From Rhodospirillales bacterium (GTDB lineage Bacteria; Pseudomonadota; Alphaproteobacteria; Bin95): 64,000 nucleotides of DNA. The notes beneath the pieces are model-generated. The model saw only the letters and a list, made by a program, of their open reading frames with translations, searched no databases and was not told the DNA's origin. The stretch is from contig JAYQLI010000035.1 in NCBI GenBank assembly GCA_038143065.1, positions 2,528,894-2,592,893 on the forward strand, written 5' to 3'. Made by a program: the position numbers and the translations under genes. This document shows, one piece after another, positions 48,628 to 57,100 of this stretch (its first letter is position 1; the number at the start of each line of letters is the position of its first letter).

Positions 48628-48675
48628 TCGTTAGAAGCATGGGACTACTTGGGTCTCTTGGGAGGAACCAGCGCT

Positions 48676-48689
48676 GCCCCTGGCACCAC
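48676..48689 (+). repeat. attR: duplicate of the tRNA-Phe 3' end
   Basis: GCCCCTGGCACCAC versus GCCCCTGGGCACCAC at 42841-42855. Confidence 0.8.
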
Positions 48690-48734
48690 TTTCCCTAAGC
48701 AAATACCTCTTTTCTAGCTCAGATACTTTGCTTT

Positions 48735-48774
48735 AGGGTACCCGTCGGTGCTTGGTACTACGGACCCTTTTCTT
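48735..48774 (+). terminator. Hairpin plus T-tract after attR (possibly the displaced tRNA-Phe terminator)
   Basis: Nested pairing AGGGT/ACCCT, CCGT/ACGG and GGTGC/GTACT, followed by TTTCTT. Confidence 0.45.
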
Positions 48775-48816
48775 GCACTTTTGTTTTCGAAAAATAAATC
48801 CGATTGGAGCTACAAA

Positions 48817-49078
48817 TTGGAAACTTACATAGTCTCTTTTGAAATCACCAAGCCTTATGATGACTGGCTTACTCATTTTGAGCAGAGCCGCCCAGGCCTA
48901 GAATCATCTAATATTGCGGTTTTGTTTCGTGGGCCGCGTAAGGATGATCCTTCTAAAGTGTGTAATCTTACAAGCACAGCAGGGCGAGGTGGACAAATTC
49001 ATGGAAGCAAATGCGCCCATGATTGCAGCTTCTGGCCACATTCTAGAGAGTACCGTTGTCGACGTGTACAAAGGTTAG
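48817..49078 (+). CDS. Small DUF3764-like protein, frameshifted near 48965
   Basis: GGAG RBS and TTG start; METYIVSFEITKPYDDW...LFRGPRKDDPSKV then ILQA...FMEANAPMIAASGHILEST. Confidence 0.55.
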
Positions 49079-49189
49079 GGGCGGCCGGTGAAGGGCAAAT
49101 TTATAGAAAAAAGCATCGGACAGCCGAACAAACTTAAAACACCATCACCCGATGTGCATGGTTAACCTTTAAAATAGAAAGAAACAGAA

Positions 49190-49471
49190 ATGAAAAACTA
49201 TATGGTAACTCATACATTGAAGTCAGATGAAGCAATGGATGCTTATTACCAGGCTCTAGAAACAATGAGTGAGGACGACATTCGTGGAGCGATGAAGAAC
49301 GAGAGAGCCTCATTCCAAATGCAGTGGAATGCCGGAAAAGCAGATAGAGTTCTTTTCTGTTGGTGGAAGGCAGAGAGTCCAGAGGCAATAGTCGAGACAC
49401 TGGGTGATATGGCGCAATTATTCGACAACGACATCCGTGAAATGCCAAACGTCTTTGACTTTACAGACTGA
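49190..49471 (+). CDS. Small hypothetical protein (ferredoxin-like/DUF4242-like)
   Basis: Clean 93-aa ORF: YMVTHT...LFCWWKAESPEAIVETL. Confidence 0.65.
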   Translation: MKNYMVTHTLKSDEAMDAYYQALETMSEDDIRGAMKNERASFQMQWNAGKADRVLFCWWKAESPEAIVETLGDMAQLFDNDIREMPNVFDFTD

Positions 49472-49574
49472 CAAGAAAGCAGGCAAAACGTCTAAAGCCA
49501 ATACAAAATCAAGCCAGCACAAAAGCTGGGCACGCCGCACCAACTCTTCCTTCTAATACAATGAAGTTTGGGCT

Positions 49575-49608
49575 GCCGCACCTTTTCATGGGGTGCGGCT
49601 TGGCTTTT
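49575..49608. terminator. GC-rich hairpin, probable terminator
   Basis: GCCGCACC-TTTTCATGG-GGTGCGGC followed by TTGGCTTTT. Confidence 0.45.
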
Positions 49609-49899
49609 AAATTTAATGGGTGGAAGCCAATCCAACTGTTGAAATGGAGATGCGCAGGCTGTTGCCAGCCAATGTTGAAACACTAACAACTCGCCTTGTC
49701 AGTCATTCAAAATCATCGGATGAGTGCCTTGTCGACTACCTCGAGGGATTGGCAGATAGTCTTCGTACATTTGATATTTTACCGCTTAAGGCCTTTGGCT
49801 TTGCCTGCACAGGTTACCGATCTCAGCTTCGGCGGCTAAGAGGTTGACGGACAAAGTTTGTACAATCATGCAAGTATATTTTTGATAAATTCATAATCA

Positions 49900-50770
49900 C
49901 TAAGCCGGAAATTCGTTCAAATCCAGCGTAGTTACTCGGCGTAATTCACGTCGATATTTTTTATCATCAAATGCCGTTGCTCTGTGCATGGTGCAGCGAT
50001 TGTCCCAGATTACGAGGTCACCATCTTGCCATTTGTGGCGGTATACAAATTCTGGCTGAGTTGCGTGTTGTATCATTTCCCAGATCAATAACCGACCTTC
50101 TGGTAAACTCATTTCCATGACTTGCCCGGCGTGGGATGCAAGGTACAAAGACTTTCTCCTGCTCGTTTTAAATCCCTTACAAATGGATGGTAAGCACCTG
50201 AAGTCTTTGTCTTTCCTCCTCAGAAAAATCAAATCCTAGTGTTTGTCGTGAGTGAACTATCGAGTGATGACAAGTTAAATTTTCAAGATAAGCTTTCGTT
50301 GCATCATCCAAAGCATCGAATGCTGCCCTTTCGTCCGAAAAAAGGGTATCCGCATCTACAGGTGGGAGAGCACGCGCGTGCAGCATTGAATACCGGCCTG
50401 CGGGGTCCTGGAAAGACGCGTCGGTATGCCAGAGGCGATTGCCAAGGGAATAGAGGCGTGTCCGGTTTTCCGGTTCTAGCAAAGTACCATCAACGCGAAC
50501 ATTTTATATATATGCTATAGCTTCACTCTTTAATCGCGTCGTTACGAGCGCGGCTGCACCGGTTTTGGCGTGCAGCTTACCATCTAGTCTTTGGGCAAAT
50601 TCCATTTGCTCCGTATCAGTAAGGTTCTGACTCCGAAAAATAAGTACAGCGTACAGATCCATGCCTCTTCGAATTTCTGCGAGAACTGGCTCATCAAATG
50701 TCTCGCGGAGGGAAATTTCGCTTACTTCAGCAGCAAAGTTGTTGTGAAGAGGGTTGAATGAGAGCTGCAT
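49900..50770 (-). CDS. TfdA-like 2OG-dependent dioxygenase, two frameshifts
   Basis: GNRLWHTDASFQDPAGRYSML, SLYLASHA, EGRLLIWE, WDNRCTMHRA, RRELRRVTT. Confidence 0.82.
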
Positions 50771-50983
50771 GACAACATTCTCCGATTACTTACTTTAGTT
50801 TTTTACGAGTTGTTTTTGCCACTCAAAACTTAAGCAGCATAATAGCGTGTCATGATTTGAAAAATCAAAACCCGCAATTTTCTTAGCGAAAGCACCTGAG
50901 TTCAAATAAGAGCTAAAAATCACAACACTCAAAATTGATGTTTATTTAAAAAAACCTCAATCGGACTGAAACACTAAGCTTAT

Positions 50984-51808
50984 TCAGTCAGCTAGCCGGA
51001 TTTCAACGCGCCGATTTTTCGGCTCTTTTACCCCATCAGGGGTTGCCACTGCTGGCTTGCTCTCACCAAAGGCATTGGAACTAATTTGTCCTCTGCTCAC
51101 ACCTTTTTGCTCCAATGCCTCCGCGACAGAATCAGTTCGGCGTGTAGAGAGAGTGAGGTTATATTTCTCTGATCCAGATCTATCGGCATGGCCAGTAAGT
51201 ATTACTTTACTGGAGTCCTTTGAGGCTGCGGAGGATGCTTCCTCGATCACAATCTGTGCGTCAGCTGTAACTTTCGAGCTGTCGAAATCAAAGTAGATTA
51301 TCCAAGGACCGCGAGATGTTTCTTCCGGTCTTTCAAGCAATTTTTTCATACCGTCCCAAAAGGTATCTTTACAACTTTGGATATCATCAGGTTGATGATT
51401 TTCTTCCGCTTCTTGCATCCAGCAGTCAAAACCAGCTTGCGCGGTTGCAGCTGCATCTGGCTTGCTTTCTTTCACGCCCTCATCAAAAGCTGCTAAAAGC
51501 ATGTTGCGGGCAGCAGTTAGTTCACCAAGGTGAGGTTGTACTAAATCTCTTTCGCTGAGAGGCTGAGGCTCAGGAGCATAATCACCGGCTGTAGCTAAAG
51601 CGCGATTCCCAAACCAATCGGCATCCTTCCAATCCATTTCGGCGGCCTCAGCTGCGGCAAGTTCTTTATATTTCTCGGTAAGATAATAGTTGAAAACCGA
51701 ACCTATTGAGGTGGCTGACATACCTTCTCTGTAAGATTGTGCGCATGCGCTTAAGGCAAAACCAAAGCAAATAGTGATTAGGAGTTTAGCTTTGCGAGAA
51801 AACATCAA
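50984..51808 (-). CDS. OmpA-domain lipoprotein
   Basis: Lipobox LSAC; YFDFDSS, GHADRSG...YNLTLS.RR, FGESKP, NRRVEI. Confidence 0.9.
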   Translation of the reverse strand: MMFSRKAKLLITICFGFALSACAQSYREGMSATSIGSVFNYYLTEKYKELAAAEAAEMDWKDADWFGNRALATAGDYAPEPQPLSERDLVQPHLGELTAARNMLLAAFDEGVKESKPDAAATAQAGFDCWMQEAEENHQPDDIQSCKDTFWDGMKKLLERPEETSRGPWIIYFDFDSSKVTADAQIVIEEASSAASKDSSKVILTGHADRSGSEKYNLTLSTRRTDSVAEALEQKGVSRGQISSNAFGESKPAVATPDGVKEPKNRRVEIRLAD

Positions 51809-52085
51809 CGCTCACCTTTCAAGAGGTACAAAGAGCACAAACGGACTGTCATGCTTAGACTGGTTTAGACAGCAAAAATGTTAAGAGCTTGGCAAGAAAA
51901 AGTCTGAAATAGGTAATCTTCGTTAAGCTTTCCTAAAAATAATAGTCCTATGATTATGTGCTTGGAAGTGGGTAGACTGCTGAATGGGTGGAAAACTGGT
52001 GACTTTTTGTTCTCGAAGATTGAAGCGTTTTGTTTATTCAATGTGTTTTTAATTTTCTCAAAAAATTGCGTGTAGGAGGGGCTGG

Positions 52086-53096
52086 TTGTTTCCGTTTTAT
52101 GAATTGCGCCGGGCGGCCTGGAATTTGGCTAGTGGAAACGTCAATCCAGGCGAAGATGTGCTGATTGTTGCCAGTTCAGATCAGCCCCCAGAGTTAATAG
52201 ATGCAATTGTAACCGCGTGTGACTCCGCTGGTGCAGGTTCGACAACAGCGGCCGTCATAGCCTGTCCTGCACAAATGGATAACTATCTGCATCCTTCTCC
52301 TGTGGTTGCTGCAGTTAAGAGTGCAGACCTGACAGTAGTTGCAACTTCAATGCGTTTTCCTCGGGCCTATGATGATCTCTCCGAAGCATTGTTTTCTGCC
52401 AATAAGAGACAGGTTTTGATTAATAACGCACCGCTTGAGGATTTTTGTCGCGGTGCCTCTTTGGCAAATCCCGAGGAGCTTCTAGAAACTACCCGGGACT
52501 TAGCCTCCCGAGTTAGTCACGCCCAAAGGGTACGCGTCTTCTCTGATAATGGCACTGATTTGACTGTAGGCGTATGTAGACCCTGTTTGCCTCTCACTGG
52601 CTATGCAGAAAAGGATACTGGTTTTGGCTCTTTTCCAAGCGGAGAAGCGATGCTGTCACCGGAAGAGGGAACGGCAGAAGGTCTCTTTGTAGCTGATGCC
52701 TTTGGTCAAGTTGTTTATTTGACAGATCAAGGACCTCAATTAGGGCTACTGGAGGATCCAATTTATCTAACATTTAAAAAGGGTAGTCTCACTGATATTT
52801 CTGGAGGACGTGCAGCAGTAAGGCTGGAGAATATCTTAAATTGTGCCGATCAGAATTCTAGGCTGCTTGGGGAGCTTGGTCTTGGAACTAATCCGAATGC
52901 GCGAGCCATAGGGCATGTTGAGAACAAGTTTCGTCGGGGGACTGCACATATCGCTCTGGGCGATAACCACCTTATAGGTTGGCGTGCTTCAGCTACGTAT
53001 GGCGGTGTGATTCGAAGTAACCGCCATATTGATCTTGTTTCGGATGGTATTTCAATTGAAGTCGATGGTTCAATATTTAACTTTTCTTATCGCTAA
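52086..53096 (+). CDS. M29 aminopeptidase-like / NicX-like metalloprotein
   Basis: NGTDLT, FPSGEA..SP, AEG, LGELGLGTNPNA, GTAHIALGDN, HIDL. Confidence 0.7.
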   Translation: MFPFYELRRAAWNLASGNVNPGEDVLIVASSDQPPELIDAIVTACDSAGAGSTTAAVIACPAQMDNYLHPSPVVAAVKSADLTVVATSMRFPRAYDDLSEALFSANKRQVLINNAPLEDFCRGASLANPEELLETTRDLASRVSHAQRVRVFSDNGTDLTVGVCRPCLPLTGYAEKDTGFGSFPSGEAMLSPEEGTAEGLFVADAFGQVVYLTDQGPQLGLLEDPIYLTFKKGSLTDISGGRAAVRLENILNCADQNSRLLGELGLGTNPNARAIGHVENKFRRGTAHIALGDNHLIGWRASATYGGVIRSNRHIDLVSDGISIEVDGSIFNFSYR

Positions 53097-53180
53097 AACA
53101 CCTTTCAAACGATAGGCAAAGTTCCCATATCTGAAGCTTAAGAAGAAAAAGAATAAGATCCCTTCTACCAAGGTTAGTTA

Positions 53181-53825
53181 ATGTTTGATCCAGAAACCTT
53201 AAGCCAAATCACAGCGCTCCTAACGGTTATTGGGATCGACATAGTTCTTGCAGGTGATAACGCTGTTGTTGTTGCAATGGCAGCAGCAGGTTTGTCCAAG
53301 GAACTCAGAGCGAAGGCAATTATGATTGGCATTGTAGCGGCGATGCTGATGCGAATTATATTTGCTCTAGTCGCGGCGGAGTTATTGTCGATTGTAGGTC
53401 TGTTGGCTCTAGGCGGTGTTCTGCTGTTGTGGGTTGCCTGGAAACTCTGGCGTGAACTTAGGGAACATCAAACCAGTCCAAATGGCCCCCAGCTTTCGGA
53501 TTCCTCCGATGAAGAGCAAAGTGACTTGGCGGACAAAAAATTGCCGCAGAAGACACTTCGTCAGGCTGTAATACAGATTCTTGTTGCTGATTTAACAATG
53601 TCCCTCGACAATGTGCTAGCCGTTGCGGGAGCTGCTCACGACCATCCTTACATAATGGCTTTTGGTTTGTTCTTGTCTGTTGCTCTTATGGGGCTTGCTG
53701 CTACCTGGATAGCGCGACTTCTCGAACGAAATCGTTGGATTGCTTACGTTGGATTGCTTTTAATTCTTTACGTGGCTCTTAGGATGATTTGGGATGGTGG
53801 ACTCGCAATATTGAAGGTTATATAG
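53181..53825 (+). CDS. TerC (YjbE-type) integral membrane protein
   Basis: DIVLAGDNAVV and ADLTMSLDNVLAVAGAA. Confidence 0.9.
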   Translation: MFDPETLSQITALLTVIGIDIVLAGDNAVVVAMAAAGLSKELRAKAIMIGIVAAMLMRIIFALVAAELLSIVGLLALGGVLLLWVAWKLWRELREHQTSPNGPQLSDSSDEEQSDLADKKLPQKTLRQAVIQILVADLTMSLDNVLAVAGAAHDHPYIMAFGLFLSVALMGLAATWIARLLERNRWIAYVGLLLILYVALRMIWDGGLAILKVI

Positions 53826-53836
53826 CCGGGTTAAAA

Positions 53837-54610
53837 ATGCCAAATCATGCTCGATCCTTCCATGCATTCACTGTCACCGGAATTCCGGAAGTTGCTTCAG
53901 GTGATGATCTTGTTGGGCATGTGACATCTGCTCTAGATCAAGCCGAAGAACGACTTGAAAACGGCGACATATTAGTAGTTGCACAGAAAATCATCTCAAA
54001 AGCGGAGGGACGTTATATTGAGCTCTCCGATGTGCATCCAGGAGCGGACGCGTTGGACTGGGCGAATAAAACTGGCAAAGATCCTCGCTTGGTGCAGGCT
54101 ATTTTAGATGAAAGTGCCCGCGTTTTGCGATGGCGCCCTAATTTGCTTGTGGTTGAGCATATAAGAGGTTGGGTCATGGCAAACGCTGGAGCCGATCAGT
54201 CTAATATTGTGGGTGCTGATGGTAACCGTGTTCTGATGCTTCCCTTGGATCCCGATGGCTCTGCCAAGCGGCTCAGGCAAGGCCTTGAAGCTCATTATGG
54301 TGTTAAAACCGGAGTGATTATAGCTGATAGTGTCGGTCGAGCTTGGCGAGTCGGCACGGTGGGTCTGGCTCTTGGTGCCTCTGGCGTTAAAACTGTAGAT
54401 GATATTCGAGGCGAGCTCGATATGCAGGGAAGAGAATTGAAGGTATCCATTGTTGGAACGGGAGATGAGCTTGCTGCAGCTGCAAACCTTTTGATTGGAG
54501 AAGCTGCGGAGGGAACTCCTGTTGCTGTTCTCAGAGGTTTTGATCTCGTGAGTGATAGTCAAAGTGGAGCCGACTTAGTTCGTCCTGCAGCTGATGATCT
54601 ATTTCGATGA
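53837..54610 (+). CDS. cofE: Coenzyme F420-0:L-glutamate ligase
   Basis: GIPEV..GDDL, AQKIISKAEGR, ANAGADQSN, DSVGRAWRVG, DELAAAANL, DLFR. Confidence 0.9.
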   Translation: MPNHARSFHAFTVTGIPEVASGDDLVGHVTSALDQAEERLENGDILVVAQKIISKAEGRYIELSDVHPGADALDWANKTGKDPRLVQAILDESARVLRWRPNLLVVEHIRGWVMANAGADQSNIVGADGNRVLMLPLDPDGSAKRLRQGLEAHYGVKTGVIIADSVGRAWRVGTVGLALGASGVKTVDDIRGELDMQGRELKVSIVGTGDELAAAANLLIGEAAEGTPVAVLRGFDLVSDSQSGADLVRPAADDLFR

Positions 54611-55529
54611 GGGTTGTTGCATTATCAGGAGGTGTTGGCGGGGCAAAGTTAGCATATGGCCTAAATCAGGTTCTTGCCTCAGATAGTCTGTCTATTATTG
54701 CAAATACAGGCGATGATTTCATTCATCATGGATTGCCGGTTTCACCTGACATCGACACCCTAATGTATACTCTTGCAGGTTTAAACGACAGCGATCGTGG
54801 CTGGGGTCTGGCAGGCGAGACTTGGGCTTTTATGGAAGCAATGGGATCGCTGGGGGCGAAACTTGGTTTAACCTGGGTGACCGCGACCTTGCTATGCATG
54901 TGCTCCGACGCGAAGCATTAGATGGCGGTCAGCCTTTATCTGTTTTTACAGACCGTATCCGAAATGCTCTGCAGATATCCGCAAGAATTTTCCCAATGAG
55001 TGACACCCGAGTGTCTACGTTAGTTAAAACAGTTGAAGAGGGTCTCTTACCGTTTCAGCGGTATTTTGTTCATCTAAAAGCTGAGCCTCAAGTTAAGGGT
55101 TTTTATTTTGATGGGGCAGATGTGGCTGAGCCTTGTCCAGGCCTTATTGATGCAATTCATGAGGCACAAAAAATTGTGATTTGTCCTTCCAATCCCTTCA
55201 TTTCTATTGACCCAATTTTAGGGGTTCCAGGAATAAGACAAGCTCTTGTTAAGTCTGCCGCCAACGTGGTAGCAGTTTCACCTATTGTTGGCGGAGAAGC
55301 CATTAAAGGGCCAACGGCAAAGATGTTCAGAGAGTTGGGAGTTACGCCGTCCCCTGTTGCTGTTGCGCAAAAATATCGTGATTTCCTGGATGTAATGATC
55401 GTTGATCAAGTTGATGCGAGTGATCATAAATTAATGAACTCATTTGAAGTTCAAACCGAAGTGGCGCAAACAGTAATGCGAACGGCAGATGATAAGTTGG
55501 CATTAGCTGAATTTGCTTTGCGCTTTTAA
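54607..55529 (+). CDS. cofD: 2-phospho-L-lactate transferase (frameshift near 54855)
   Basis: LSGGVGGAKL, NTGDD, SPDIDTLMYTLAG, WFNLGDRDLA, PSNPFISIDPIL, VSPI, KGPTAKM. Confidence 0.9.
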
Positions 55530-55572
55530 CAATTGTGATTAAGTCACGTCAAAATAAAGAACAGCGTTTTAG

Positions 55573-55959
55573 CTATGAGTAATTCGCAATCTCGATAAGA
55601 TTATCGTCTGGGTCGTAAACATAGATAGAGAGCAATACCCCTATCGCTCCGGTTCGTTCGCCTGGGCCAGCGATTATGGGGATCTGTTTGCTCTCTAGAA
55701 TGGAAATCACTTCTGCTATTGGTGTTTCTGTTATTAAGCAAAGGTCGGCCGAACCAGGTGTTGCATGGCGAACGTTCGGATCAATTGGATTATTCGCTTC
55801 ATGCAAATTAAGTTTTTGATTGCCAAAATGTAGGGCAAAACGGTTACTTCCAAAGCTTCGCATTTCCATGCCCAGTATGTCCTCGTAGAACTCACGCGTT
55901 GCTTGAATATCTTTAACGGTCAGAACTAGGTGATCGAGCCGATCAATAATAATTGGCAT
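55573..55959 (-). CDS. VOC/glyoxalase family protein
   Basis: LDHLVLTV, QKLNLH, PGSADLC, RTGA, DPDDNLIE. Confidence 0.88.
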   Translation of the reverse strand: MPIIIDRLDHLVLTVKDIQATREFYEDILGMEMRSFGSNRFALHFGNQKLNLHEANNPIDPNVRHATPGSADLCLITETPIAEVISILESKQIPIIAGPGERTGAIGVLLSIYVYDPDDNLIEIANYS

Positions 55960-55975
55960 GCTGAAAGCCTCATTT

Positions 55976-57100
55976 TTAAAACAGTCGGTCTGGCGTAACT
56001 CTATTGATATCCACGCCGGAAGAAATTATATCCGCGGGAGCAGCCTCGGCTAATGCAGTGCTGGCTGCAAGACGACCTAGGGCTTCAGAAGTCATCATTC
56101 CAAAACCACCTAAACCAGCTAACCATATGAATCCCTCTGCACGAGAATCTTTTCCAACACATGGTCTGCGATCAGCCATGAAGGATCGAAGGCCGGCCCA
56201 ACGATGATTGATTTGGCTAACCTTTAATGTTGTGGCGCGCTCAACTCTGTCTACCGCGTGCGCAACATCTAGTTCCTCAGGTTGAGCGTCGACAGGTGGA
56301 CTAGCGTGTTCATCACATGGGCTTGCAAGGATACGGCCAGCTTCAGGTTTAAAGTAAAAGCCTTCGTCGGCATCCATAGCCATTGGCCATGGCTCCGCCG
56401 TCACCCCTGGTGGGGGGTTAAACGTAATGCAAGTTCGACGCAACGGTTGGACCCCAAGAGGAGTTAGTCCAGCAAGAGCAGCTGTTTCATCTGCCCAGGC
56501 ACCAGCAGCGTTAATGATGGTCGGAGCATAGAATGTTCCGCGTGGCGTCTGTGTCTTCCACTTGCCCTTTTCAAATGAAAGCCCCGTCACTGGTGCATCG
56601 CAAATGAGCTTAGCCCCAGTCCTTTGGGCAAGGGTCAAGAAACCTCGATACAAAGCATTAACATCAATATCGGCTGCTGCCGGCACATACATCGCTGAGT
56701 TTAGGTAAGCGGGATTAAAACAAGGGATGAGTCGACAAGCGTCTTCTACCGAGACCTGTTCTGCCACTCCTTCCTGAATTTGCTCTGGTGTGAATTGCCT
56801 ATCTACCGCGTCACGTTGGTCTTCCCGGCCAAAAATTAAAAGACCACGCTTAGAAAGGAGAGGGGTCTCGGAGAATCCTGGTGGAGGATTGTTCAAAAAC
56901 TCTCCACTAGCGGCTGCCAGTCCACGGATAGAGGGTTCTTTATAACGTTTTGAGTATAAAGCTGCAGAGCGCCCTGATGTATGGTAGCCAGGCTGACTTT
57001 CCATTTCGAGTATTATTACACTGGCTCTCGGCGCTAATGCTCGCGCCACAGATGCTCCAGCCACTCCCCCGCCAATTACTATGAAATCTGCTTCATCCAT
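55976..57100 (-). CDS. FAD-dependent oxidoreductase (DAO/D-amino acid dehydrogenase-like)
   Basis: IGGGVAG, GYHTSGRSAA, INAAGAWAD, WAGLRS, GLGGFG. Confidence 0.88.
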   Translation of the reverse strand: MDEADFIVIGGGVAGASVARALAPRASVIILEMESQPGYHTSGRSAALYSKRYKEPSIRGLAAASGEFLNNPPPGFSETPLLSKRGLLIFGREDQRDAVDRQFTPEQIQEGVAEQVSVEDACRLIPCFNPAYLNSAMYVPAAADIDVNALYRGFLTLAQRTGAKLICDAPVTGLSFEKGKWKTQTPRGTFYAPTIINAAGAWADETAALAGLTPLGVQPLRRTCITFNPPPGVTAEPWPMAMDADEGFYFKPEAGRILASPCDEHASPPVDAQPEELDVAHAVDRVERATTLKVSQINHRWAGLRSFMADRRPCVGKDSRAEGFIWLAGLGGFGMMTSEALGRLAASTALAEAAPADIISSGVDINRVTPDRLF

